Source: Microbotryum violaceum (lineage: Eukaryota). Taken from it: a DNA stretch of 64,000 nt. A program made the position numbers and the translations under genes. The stretch is taken from the NCBI GenBank assembly GCA_001244265.2, contig CDLV01000014.1, positions 806,001 through 870,000 on the forward strand, in the 5' to 3' direction. This document shows, one piece after another, positions 52,801 through 64,000 of this stretch (the first letter of the stretch is position 1; the number at the start of each line of letters is the position of its first letter). The notes below the pieces were generated by a model. That model did not search any database, was not told the DNA's origin, and was given only the letters and a program-made list of their open reading frames with translations.

Positions 52801-53250
52801 AGAGGGATAACGGGAGCGAGACCTGCGCGATGGTTTGGCCGGTGGTCCCACCGACGAAAGACAAGGGCAGTCCGGACAGTAGGGGTTCTATGGCCTGTGG
52901 AATGATTGTATACGGTCGTCAGCGGCAAGAAGGTCTTACTGGGTCGAGCTGACCGGCGACCGCAAACGCAGAGTCGGCGATCGTGCCGTGACTGGGGAGA
53001 GCCCCCACGGTCAGAGTCGGGAAACACGCACCTCGGGGTCGAGTTCAAGCGCCTGCAACTTGACCAGACCATTCCCTAGGTCGGCCTCTATCGATTCGTC
53101 GTCGAATTGCCCCTTGACAAAGGTACCTATCGAGCGCCTGAGCAGGAACGCGAGCAATCGGTGCTGCAGCTTGGCCGGCAACGACGGCAACGGGAGCGAC
53201 GACCACGAGATGGAGGGGAGGTACGAGGCGAGGTAGGACCATGGCGGCAT
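46807..53250 (-). CDS. ATG2: Autophagy lipid-transfer protein Atg2
   Basis: Chorein-N start (LQHRLLAFLLRRSIG...IEADLGNGLVKL), CADS motif, LHEGYDW, LDYKAKRVD, and an ATG_C end (VPVAVLKPMIGASEAVSKALLGLRN...DKYK). Confidence 0.96.
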
Positions 53251-54259
53251 CGTTCAGAGGGTGAGGGGGTTAGGGGGTCAGGGACGATGTCGCCGTCAGA
53301 ACTGGCGAGGCAAGGTAGGTACGACGTGGATTCGGCTGTGCTTGGTACGACCGAGTCACCGAGGACGGCCAGCGAATCCGAACGGCCAGACGAGGGGGGT
53401 TGGGAGAACAAGCTCTCGGCGGGGACGATGGGAGAGGATAGACGTCGACCAACGCACGCGTCTTCAGGTCGACATGCAGGACGAGGCGATGCTCGTCATT
53501 GATGGGCGCCTCTACCTACGCGAACCGAGTGGTGAACGTCGTGGGTGCGAGTCCAACCGTAAACCGAGGGCGCCACCGGGCACAGGGCGCAGCAGGGCGC
53601 CACATGCCCAGCACGCATGCTCGAGCGCCGCCGTCCGGTCCACTCCGAGGTGCCGCCGATCGGGGTTCCGGAGCTCGTTCCGATCGGGCATGACTTTACG
53701 TACCATGCCTGCTCTACCCGGTTCCCCCCCCATGAACATGATTGAAATTGTAGATTGGACTCGTACATACTGCAACCTGTAAGTCGAGTCGATGATTCAA
53801 GTGTCGGGTTGGTTTGAAGCCGAGTTCTATCGAATGGTTTGCAAACCCCATTGCACATGGCAAAGGGTCAGGTGCTCGCGAATGTGCAAGACCATGTTGG
53901 GCCAGCTTGAAACTGTACTGTGTTCAGAAATACAGGGTGAACAAATACGCGAGACTTTGGTCGCAGAAGCTGAGAACTTGAGAACGCTCTCGCCAACGTG
54001 GCCCGCACGGACCGCATCGACTTTCAGAACGGGACCGTGCGCCGTGCGACCGACCCACTGCACTCAATCCGTGCTGGCGAGCTGCAAGGCCGCTCTCTCG
54101 CTGTGTTCATTCACCCACGTTCGCTCTTCTACCCTCTCGGCTCTTTCTAGGCCGTCTATCCTGCTCTCCCCCTTCGTTGGCTGCTCGCACTGATGGTGCT
54201 TTAGCTGAAGGCTCATCCCACGGCGCCCAAGCCAAAAGCAAGGAAGGCATCCGAGCGTG

Positions 54260-57200
54260 ATGGCGAGCGCCGTCGTCGAGCGGATGGACATCTCGTCCGA
54301 CTCGGCCTCGGCATTCAGTTCTGGATCGTCAGAATCCGGATCAGATCTCGAGATCATCGACTGTCGACCGGCAACCTCCGCGCTCGAGGTGCTCGCCATC
54401 ACCGACAGCAGCTCCAGCTCGGACCGGGGATCCGACATCGGCAGCGATGACGACCTCACGATCGTAGCTCCTTGTCCAAAACATAGCCCCGTGGCTTTAA
54501 AGACTCTTACCGTGGCCAAAAGATCCGGGCGGGCATCACCACCTCCTGCATCAGATTCCAACACGGCCACCCCGACAGCCGCTCGCGACGCTTCACCCCA
54601 TCCCACATCGACAGCCTCGACAGCCTCGACAGCCTCGACAGCCTCGACAGCCCCAGCTTCGACAGCCACCACCCTCCAAAGAAAGTCACTGCAGAAACAG
54701 GCCGAAGCAAGGCCAGCCGGATATCTTGTCATTTCCTCCGACGAGGACGGCGGCAACGACGACGATGAGGACAGCAGCGACTCGATTGGCAGTGAGCTTG
54801 AAATCACCGTCGTTTCGAGGTCGTCTCCGAAGCGTGCGCCGGCCGTGGTGGTTCCACCCGCACCGCGCCACGAATCCAGTGGCGACGATCTACCTGCACC
54901 TCAGGGAAGTCAAAGCTTGACCTCGTTCACCCCATCGGCGCCCCCGTCCTTGTCTACGTCGATTCCTCGCAAAGGGCTTGTCGAGGTTAGTACGCGACCT
55001 CCCGGGGTGCGAAAACCCTGTCTGAACCTACTCACGCCCGCCCGTCCGCTGATTTAATTGGCAGGCCCAGCCCTCAAACCAAGGGAGCATCGTCGCAAGT
55101 ACGTCCCAGGTCCAAATCGAGCAGCTGTTACCCCTCTCGGACGTACCGCCGCCTGTGCCCCGGCAGCCTTCCGTGGGCCCCAGGCAATATGTGCTCCCCC
55201 ACCCGCCCGTTTCCACGTCCCGCCTGTTTATCCCCAAGTCGAAACCTTCTTCGTCGTCGTGGTCGTGGAAAGCTCGACCAAATCCCACACGTCTGAACAC
55301 TATTCGAGTCAACTTGTCGTCAAGCCTGTTGAAGAGTGGTGACGAAGGATGGGTAAAAGCCATACCTCGACGATTGAACGCTCCCGAAGATCGGCTCTCT
55401 CGCCTTCCACAATCTCCTCCAACACAGTCGAAGACCCTTCCGACCGGTCCAACACGGCACCCAAGTCAATCACCTCCAAAACAAGACACAACTCAACCGT
55501 CCCCGATGAGACCACCTACTCGTGCAGCTTCAGCTCTGCCACAACAAGCCCAAACTCGTCGCTCGAACGATCTCGGTTTGAACTCGAACACGGATTCGAG
55601 CGAGGACGATCTTCCTGCGCCTTTCGGATCACCGTCAAAAAAGCTTCCTGGGAAAGAAGACGTTGCTGCTGCGCTTCCCACACCGGCTGCTACAATCTCG
55701 CCATCTCTCGCCTCGGATTCGTCCTTGACCGTTGACAAGGGCAAAGCGCGAGCGTCGGAATGGACCGATCCAGACTCTGATCAGGAGATCGAGGCCGACG
55801 ATGAGGGAGAATCCCCTGTGTCTTCGATGCATCGAAGAACGCCGGAGCACTACCCTGCCTTCCCCCAGCGAAGCCCCGGTCGTCCGAGCTACTCCAACCT
55901 CGCCAGGGAACCCTTGACGAGCGCAGCTCAGACGGCCAAGACAGCGCATTCCTCAACTCGAGATTTGGATCTGTTCGCTCCCACACCGAAACAAGGCAAG
56001 ATCAACCGAACAAAAAAGTCGCCCAATCCTCTTGAGGTATCCTCGTCCCCACCGATGAGCACTTTGGTCAACCGGAATCCGACCCCTGACTCGACTCCTG
56101 AACGCAAAGCCGAAGCCGAAGGCCCTCGACCCCCTTCGGAGCCGTCTGCTCCGCCCGGATTTCCTGACGGTATCCAGGTGATAGATCACAAATGGGATGA
56201 GATGAATCAAGAGGAACCTGCTGTCGCTACCCAAATGGAATCGACGGTCCCTGATGGCTTCCAAGTTGCTGCTCATCTTCACCCCGATCCTACGTCAGCG
56301 CAGCCGGACCTAACCAGAAGGGCCGAAGCGCAACGATTACAACGAGAGCGAGAGCGGGCACAGCATGCCATCGAGGTAAGAATGACTCAAACCGACACAA
56401 TTTCCGATGTTGAGGTTCCGCTGGACCCCGCCTCGATCGAGGGCCGCTCGGCTCTAAATTTGACGATCGTCAAGAAGCGTCGATTGGGCGGCAAAAAGGA
56501 CGAACTCAAATTGGGGACCCGGGAGCGGCGCAAGTCCAAGAGGGTCATCAAAGCCCCTTTGCAGACGCTACCGAATGGTCTGATGGAGGTCGATATGAAG
56601 GCGGATCACGAAGTATTGGCACAAGTGGAAGATGTGAATCAATTCGTGCGTGAGGTGAATATGGAAGTGGCGCAAGTCAACGAGGAGATAGACTCTTTGC
56701 AGGAGCGGTTTGAGAAGGTCAGTCCAGATGTGTGGGGTATCATAGGCCTGTATGGTAGGTCGCCTTTGACTGAACACGTTCTGGTGACCTCCTGCAGTTC
56801 GTGTTGCTCGAATCCGCGCGACCGCCGAAAGAGCGACAAATTCTCGGTCCCGAGCTCGAAGACGAGAAAAAGTCGGACGTAAGGGCGACCTTGATCCAGC
56901 TTATACTCAACGCCCGAGCTTTTGAGATGCAAACTGGCGAAAAGGCGGACAGGAACCCTCGGTACGACACCAGTAGCCACACGCTCTTGTTCGAATCCTT
57001 GATCGCGGACGTCAACAGCAGCGAACTGAGCGCGCCGTGTCGCATTCGAGTGATCCCTCCCGTTGATGGTGGCAAGCCCCATGCGCCGCCGTTCGAGTTC
57101 GTCTATACGAACCGTGTCATCCTTCCTCAAGGCTCGGCCCCGGAAGCACCTTCTTCATGCGATTGTCAAGGCAACTGCGGCGACCCGGCCAATCTCAAAC

Positions 57201-58464
57201 GATGCGCCTGTCGGCAGCGTCAACGGGAAGCGAGTCGAACAATCGGCACGGAGAACGAACGCTCGGGTCACGACTCGTTTGCTTGGGAGTCGGATGGGAC
57301 GTTGAACCATGAAGTTTTTGGTTGCAGTGATCCGATTTGGGAGTGCAACGCCGGCTGCGGTTGCGATGACACGTGCGTGAATCACGTCGTTGGTAAGAAA
57401 CGATCGGTCGACGTCGACATATTTTGGACAGGTCCTATGAAAGGATGGGGGGTGCGTAACCCACCCTCGCATGACCTCGATCCCCAATCGTCGATGCCAT
57501 TCATGCCTGATGGGGGTTCCGTCTATCGCGGTCGCGTCATCCGTCGCGGAGAATCTCTGGCCATCTACGCGGGCGAACAGATCCCGACTTCGAACACTCC
57601 CGAACGCGTCGAGGTCTACGACAAGCTTTGCCGGAACTACATCTACGACTTGGACCACTTCCATATCCCCGAAGAAGCTGGCAAGGACCACTTGTACCGC
57701 ACCCAGGGGCGAAAGCCCTTGTCGGGGAATGCAACGAAGAAGGCCCAAAAATACGGGCGGGACCTCGCTGCCTTCGCTGTGCAATACAGGGAACGAGTCT
57801 GGAACAAGGAGCTCGGGTATTGCGTCGATGCGTTCTTGCGTGGGAACTGGACCCGGTTCTGTAACCACTCGTGCTCGGAGTTCAATGCCATCTCGAGGCC
57901 GGTCTACGTCGACGAGGGTCGCGTCGAACGGCCCTTGCTCGTTCTCTTCGCCAGTCGGGACATCCAACCGGGGGAAGAGATCAGGATCTCGTAAGTCGCA
58001 AAGTTGTTGCTCGGTCAACGCTGCACGTTCTGACGAATTGGACTTCCCGTTTACAGCTACCATTCGGAATCGTCCCCCGAATTCAAACAAGCACCTAACC
58101 AAACCCGAGCCCAATACAAGACGTTATTGAGACAATATCGCGCAAAGGCGAATGCAAGGCGAAAGCAAGCTAGACCAGAGTTTCGATGCTATTGTAAGCC
58201 GAGCAGATTGTGGAGGTCCGTGTACGAGGATGTGCCGATACTGACGCGATGACTGCTGCTTTCTTACCGCTCTTCCCGCAGGCGGCGAATTCTGGTGTCG
58301 GGGAGTTGTACGTTGCGCCGCGGTGATCGTATTGGGCGTATAAGATCAAGGCAGCTGACTGTTCTCTTTCGTTTTTCTTTGACCCGCAGATGTTTAATGG
58401 TGGTGACGATGATTCAGACTCAAGCGAGCTAGATGAGACTGAGCAAGAGGAGGCTCCGAATTAG
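54260..58464 (+). CDS. clr4: SUV39/Clr4/DIM-5-like histone H3K9 methyltransferase (pre-SET, SET, post-SET)
   Basis: Pre-SET CDCQGNC...CAC...ECNAGCGCDDTCVN. SET GWGV, YAGE, RFCNHSC, LFASRDI and EEIRISY. Post-SET CYC/GEFWCRG assembled from small exons. Orthology to Clr4 is inferred. Confidence 0.8.
54608..54669 (+). repeat. In-frame 9-bp tandem repeat (TCGACAGCC) encoding STA repeats
   Basis: Five consecutive tcgacagcc copies plus a sixth nearby, in the N-terminal part of the SET gene. Confidence 0.85.
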
Positions 58465-59341
58465 AGGCCTCAGATCCGGCAACGGGGTGCTAGAGTCCAT
58501 GACACCCCGCACAGTTTACGATTAGTGGAGATGATTAGGAACTACAGACCACTTGTTCGCCTACGAGAACTTGGACTCGCAGTCCTTTCGCCGTATATTC
58601 GACGGGTCGCAGAGAGTGGGGGCGCGCGAGAAGCTAGGCGCAGGGCAGTGACCGCACCATAAACTGGCCCAGATCCCCTATCGATGTTGATTGATGACTG
58701 CCGGACGTCTCTGGATGGGCCAACACGGGGTCATGAACCGGATGAGGGCCGATGAGCGTCCGTGCACTCGATGCGGGAAGTGTCTCAGCGCATGCTCGCG
58801 ACCTTCCCTTTCCAGCCCGCGGCGCCACCTCCAGCCTCCTCGAGCGAACGGTCTCGCCGGCGCTCCAACGAGTGAAGCCCAAGGCCGTGCACCGACTTGT
58901 AATCATGGCCGAACACCCTTCGCCCATGGGCGATCAGAATAACCTAGAATGATCTCTCGCCCGCGACGTCGCACCCCCCAAGACAAATTGGTTCGGCGCG
59001 AGAAGTCGGTGAGGCCCGCTCTGGACCTTTTTCAAGAGCTGAGCGCTGCGCCTTCGGCGAACTTTCCTCACTCCAGCGAGCCGCCTCGCTCGGTGCCTAG
59101 CAGTGCCATTCTCATTTCACTTCGCCTCTTTCCCTCTTTCCCTTCGACCGTCGTTTCCTGCGTCTCGTCTATCCCTTATCTCGGCATCTTCTCGGAGAAC
59201 GTTCACACACTCGTTTGAACCTGCAACTTCGAAGTTCGATCCGTCGGACTTGCTCGAGCCCGCGGGCCCCTCAAGCCACCCCTACTCCCGAGCCGTCGCA
59301 AGCTTGAAGCCAGGGCATATCCGATCGGTCCCCGTATTACG

Positions 59342-59967
59342 ATGACTTCTGTCATCGACGCTCAGGCTACAGCTCTATCGGCATTCGTGACCATCAGTGA
59401 GTCCAATGCAGTCTGCACACTCGGAAAGTTGGCAGAGTACTGATGCAGCAGGCTTGAACTTCTTCCAGTTTCGAAGGTCGTCTCGGATGCCAAGTCCCTG
59501 GCCTCGGAAGCCACTGCGACCGCAGCTACGGTTGGCTCGAGCGCTACAAGCCACTCGACGACGCATTTCAACCCTGTGAACAATTTTATGGCACTTCCAG
59601 AGACGACGGTATGCTATTTTGCTCTATGAAGATATCCCAGGATGTTTTGCAGAAGCTGAAATTGCCGTATTCGACCCGTCTTCGCCCACTTTTGCCATCT
59701 CCGTGCTGCGCTTCTCGCCTCATACAGAAAATCATCATTTACGTCTGCGTCGGTCTCGTCATCCTCGTCCTCATGGGCTTTTTGGTCCTTTGGGTCATGG
59801 ATCGATCGGAGGAAAAGGCCGATCGAAGGCGAGAATTGGAACTGCCGATGCGGTCACCACCGGTCGTGACCTTTGACGAGGGGGCGAGCTGGACGAACTC
59901 TAGTAGCAGGACAATAGACGGACCTTGGGAGCGGAAGAAGAGTTGGGTCTATAGGGGTGATGATTAG
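59342..59967 (+). CDS. Small single-pass membrane protein (3 exons)
   Basis: MTSVIDAQ.../ISKVVSDAKS...PETT/KIIIYVCVGLVILVLMGFLVLWVM...GDD*. Canonical splice sites, an S/T/A-rich N-terminus and one TM segment. Confidence 0.6.
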
Positions 59968-60275
59968 GGTCAGGATTCATTCAGATTCGTTACGGCGACG
60001 AGATGTTGCGCTGGGCCATTTCGGGTGTTTTAACGACGATATCAGCGTGGTGCTCGAACGGGGATGGACGCGGCGATTTCAACTGTTTGCACCACGACTT
60101 AAAACCCATTTCAACTCCATTCGAAATGAGGAGCCCATCGTCGCGCGCATCCGGTTTCGAGGGTGGTTTACTTTGCTATGGAGGGGGCCGGCTGCAGTGG
60201 TCGTGGGGCCGGTCTTCTATTTCGCTGTCACTTGCATATCACACGCATGCCTTATCTTCTCTTTCCTGTTTTTCG

Positions 60276-60277
<2 letters not shown>

Positions 60278-60320
<43 letters not shown>
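60278..60320. repeat. T43 homopolymer
   Basis: 43 consecutive T read directly. Confidence 0.95.
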
Positions 60321-60860
60321 CATCTGTTTCTGCGAATTGCAACATTTTTGTAATTGGGATTGTTGACCATCGCGAACTATGCCATGATCGCCCTCGACAA
60401 GACCGCGGTCTCAGCCAGTTCTCGAATAAGGGGGCGGCCCACCCGTTTCTCAGCTGCAGGTCTGGTCCAGGTCGCGCACAAAGAGAGTCAACGGCTGTCA
60501 ATCACTCGGCCAACGCTGCCGGAGAGAGAAGCGAGTCTTCCATATCTAACCCCAGCAGCGAGTTACCAGGTAAGTGTGCTCATAGCACTTCTTGTCGTGT
60601 CGAACGCGGGGCCGACGCGCGCGAGGTGGCGCCTCACGTGGCCCTCGGGCATGGTGGACCGACCCAGCCGGAGCGCTTGCGATGCCTGGCGCGGTGTGTA
60701 GAGACCCAGCGTGTACTGACGATAGTTCGTGTCCTCCTCCCACAGTTCCGGACGGCCTCTGCCCACTCGTCATCATTGACTGTCCCAAGCAGAGCTGAAC
60801 GACCGACGCCGGGCTGGACATTCGGTGCGATTGAGGGCCGAGTGAGAGTGAGCAGCACCC

Positions 60861-62708
60861 ATGACGAGCTCGCGACCGACACGTCGATCAACCGCAGCGG
60901 CGGCCGCAGTCGCAAGTTCATCAGCCAGTGGTCAAGGGACAGCTGATGACTCAAAGAAGGTAGCAAGACGATCAAGCACCCATCGTAGCGCTACCGCAGG
61001 ATCAAGCTCGACTGCGAACGCCTCCACGTCCGTCGCCGCTTCGGCCCACGCTTTGGTCCCGAGCTCGGCTCGTCGACTTCGGTTAGGAGACCATCCGGAC
61101 GTGGGTGGATCATCTTCCGACGGTGCGGAACCGGTACTAGCAGCTCGCACCGAAGGTTTGGTCGCACGCAGACTCAAGTGCAAGGCCCCCGTCTCGCCCA
61201 AATCTTCTCGATCGACCTCACCGCAACTGTCCGAGCTCTACGATGGCTCGTACGGCAGCCCCGACGTGGACGCCCCACCTTACTCGCCTCCGGACCGATT
61301 GACGCGCCTCTCTTCCGAACTGCTGGCGCTCATCTTGGCACACCTCTCGCCCAAGACGGAGCCAGACCTGTCGTCGCTGTACCGCTGTGCGCTCGTGTGC
61401 AAGGGCCTGCTGCCCCACGTGCGCCTGCATATGTACCGAGATCTCCGGATCGATACTCGAGTGCATGCGCATGCGATGCATCGTACCCTCCATGGAAATG
61501 ATGTCAGCAGGGCCGTGAAGACGATTGTAGCAGATGTGGGAATGATGGCCAAGACAAGTTCCCAATGGGTTGGTGAGTACCCGACGCCCGAGATCAAAAC
61601 CTTCGTTTCGCGCGGCTCACTGATTCTGGCTCTCGCGTCGACAGGATGGTTCCTGTTTCATTCGATGCACTCTTTATGTGGCATCATTGGTTCGTGTCGC
61701 ACCTTGTTGTCATTGACGATCTGCCTTCCCGCCGAGGCAACCGCGTGGACCCAGTCGCTCTGTTCGGCGCTCATCGATCTTAGAATGCTCCATACGCTCG
61801 TCAAGGACCTTGACCCAAGTCGAGAAGGGGCACCCGGGGTCGGTCGAGCCGAAAGGATGGATGTCGGATGGCGACCGCGCAAGTCGACGAGTATGTGGAG
61901 CGTCAGCCAGTTGCTCAAACCGCTGGCCTCGTTGCGCTCCCTGACCACATTGAGACTCTGCGGCATCTCGTCCGATTCGTCGACGAACCCTCCCACGGCG
62001 CCTCACCAACTGCGACTGACCGAAGTCGTCCTGATCGAAGTCAACATCACCAACACGGACTTGTTACACCTCCTCGGGAATGTGACGACGCTCAGGAAGC
62101 TTACGCTGTGGTGCTCGTCGTTGTTATCGAAGCGAGGACTGACGCACGTGCTAAAACGGTGTCCGAATCTGGTCGAGCTCAAAGTCGGAGGAAGTTGGTT
62201 CGGAGCCAAGGACGAAGGTACGCCCGCAAAAATGACATATATTGTTCTGTGTCGCTGACCTGTTTTGATAGATGATACCAACTTCCCACTCGATGCTTCC
62301 CTTGCGAGCCTGCCTCGGCTCCGAGTCATCCACGTCTCGGGCTCGCTCATCTCCCCGGTGATCCTTCTGCTGCCCTCGACCAACCTCGAGCATCTGCTCG
62401 TCCACGGTGCACCGGCGTTCACACCCCTGGCGATCCATTCCGCTTTGGCAAGGATGCGTTCGGACCCCTCACCCATCGCGAGGCTGACGTTACCCGAGAT
62501 GGTTTTACAAGGTGAGGAGGCTCACACGAGTAGCGGTGGTCGACAAAAGCTTGGCAGTACTTGTGCCGATGTGGGATGGACCGAGCATTGGTTGTTCACC
62601 GTTAAGGCGACCGCGCAGGCCAAAGGGGTGATTTTAGAGAATGGGAGGGAGGGCATGGAGGGGAGGGAAGATGACTTTGGGGACGATAGTGGGAGTGATC
62701 GAGGTTGA
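60861..62708 (+). CDS. F-box/LRR (RNI-like) protein
   Basis: LTRLSSELLALILAHL...LYRCALVCK F-box, followed by LRR-like repeats (LRSLTTLRL, LRKLTL, CPNLVELKV, LPRLRVIHV). Confidence 0.85.
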
Positions 62709-62968
62709 GAATCGGTTCTGGCTCCAGTGTTGTCATTACTTTGATGTGTATTGTACCAAATTGATTTACATTGTTCTTCCTTTGAGCGACGAGGCACTGG
62801 GACTGCCTAGAGCGCGATATAAACGGGAAAACCTTTGAAAACGGTCGAACCGAGGCCTCCTGACCTGCTGGGCTGGGGCGGGCTGGAGCACACAGTGCCA
62901 CACAGAGCTGCGGGTTGGTTGGCCTTCGCATCGCCAGCGCCCACCGCGAAACGACGCCGCAAGCCACG

Positions 62969-63979
62969 ATGCAACGCGCTCTGACACCGCTACTGCGCGG
63001 CAGTACACGGCCAGCCTTGGTCACGAGTGCATCGTGTTCCACCTCTACCTCTACCTCACCCCAACCCGTGCACTCGCAACACCAGTGGCCTTGCAGATCG
63101 GCGCCGTCCAAAGCCGGGAAAGCGGCAGCGGCGAGTGGTCCGGTCGTCGAAGAAGCAAAGGATCTGTCGCATCTACTCGCCGTCCAGCCTGGCCCGACAT
63201 CCCGATCTCGTCTCCAGGACCACTACTCCAACACGCTCTCGCACGACCTGCTGTACATGCTCTACCACCACCAGACGCACGTCCAAGCCGCGACGCAGCC
63301 GAACCCGACCTCTCGCGCGCCCGTCTGGTCCCCCGAGAACGCCTACGCCAAGAACCGAGCACCTCCACGACCCAAAGGGAACCGTTACTTGGTCCCGAAC
63401 CAATCCTACACGAGCGCAGCGACCTTGCCCAAGCTCGAGGCGATTGTGCTTTCTTCCATGGCGCGCGAGGCGTTGACCAACAAATCGACGCTCCTCGCTT
63501 TACAACAATTTTTCTCCGCCATCACGGGTGAGGTCCCCCAGTCGATCCATCCCGGTCCTTATGGTCCTGGTTCGGGCCAGGGTCTGGTCGTGACCAAGTC
63601 GACCAAGAAATCGGCGAGCTTCAAGATCCGCGCCGGGATGCCGACCGGCGTCAAGGTCCAACTCAAGGGACAACCCATGTACGACCTCCTCGATACCTTG
63701 GTCGAATTTGTGCTGCCGAGATGGAAGACGTTCAATGGCGTAGCATTGCCACCGCGTTCGGCACCTCGACAAAGCCCCGCCGCGACGACTGGGGTCGTCA
63801 GCTTTGGTTTGCCCCCGGAGACCATGTCCCTATGGCCGCAGGTCGAACTTAACCTCGATCAATACCCGAGGACGTACGGAATGAACATCTCGCTCATCAC
63901 ATCCGCAAGAGGTCGGGGGGCGCAGGAGCAGGCAACAGCCTTGTTGAGTGGGTTGGGCATTCCGTTCGTCAAGAGGTGA
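62969..63979 (+). CDS. MRPL7: Mitochondrial ribosomal protein uL5m
   Basis: SRLQDHY, PKLEAIVL, ITGE, FKIRAGMPTGVKVQLKG, VLPR, GVVSFGL and LLSGLGIPF, with an N-terminal presequence. Intronless. Confidence 0.93.
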   Translation: MQRALTPLLRGSTRPALVTSASCSTSTSTSPQPVHSQHQWPCRSAPSKAGKAAAASGPVVEEAKDLSHLLAVQPGPTSRSRLQDHYSNTLSHDLLYMLYHHQTHVQAATQPNPTSRAPVWSPENAYAKNRAPPRPKGNRYLVPNQSYTSAATLPKLEAIVLSSMAREALTNKSTLLALQQFFSAITGEVPQSIHPGPYGPGSGQGLVVTKSTKKSASFKIRAGMPTGVKVQLKGQPMYDLLDTLVEFVLPRWKTFNGVALPPRSAPRQSPAATTGVVSFGLPPETMSLWPQVELNLDQYPRTYGMNISLITSARGRGAQEQATALLSGLGIPFVKR

Positions 63980-64000
63980 AAAGTCAACATCGAACAAGGC

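Noticed and set aside
57155-58114. 319-aa minus-strand ORF
   Set aside because: Antisense shadow of the SET-domain exon.
59957-60946. 329-aa ORF with poly-Phe
   Set aside because: Runs through the T43 tract and intergenic DNA, has no protein-like features and starts at a non-ATG codon.

Overview
Intron-rich fungal genomic DNA. Short GT-AG introns with CTRAY-type branch points and the gene content suggest a basidiomycete, probably a Pucciniomycotina/Microbotryomycetes-like yeast; this is inference only. The left end holds an apparently full-length L1-type non-LTR retrotransposon on the minus strand (~1301-6652). It has ORF1 with two zinc knuckles, ORF2 with APE endonuclease, RT and a C-terminal zinc finger, and a poly(A) tail. 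It is inserted into the poly(A) tail of an older, 5'-truncated relative (~6662-7048). The standout signal is that the extreme 5' end of the full-length element (~6555-6648, minus) is a U5 snRNA. It shows the invariant loop I CGCCUUUUACU, the flanking stems, the CCG internal loop and an Sm-like site, and it is fused to the LINE 5' UTR inside the putative target-site duplication. The rest of the window is ordinary host genes: an orphan Ser-rich protein, an F-box protein, a MATH-BTB protein, QCR10, an AlkB-family dioxygenase, the PMA1 H+-ATPase, an EDC4-like protein, ALG3, a CHY zinc finger, a PKA catalytic subunit, 3-hydroxyisobutyrate dehydrogenase, an SGNH/CE16 esterase, a DXD glycosyltransferase, ATG2, a Clr4/DIM-5-like SET protein, a small membrane protein, an F-box/LRR protein and mitochondrial uL5. 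Gene spans include introns and were spliced by eye, so some ends are approximate.
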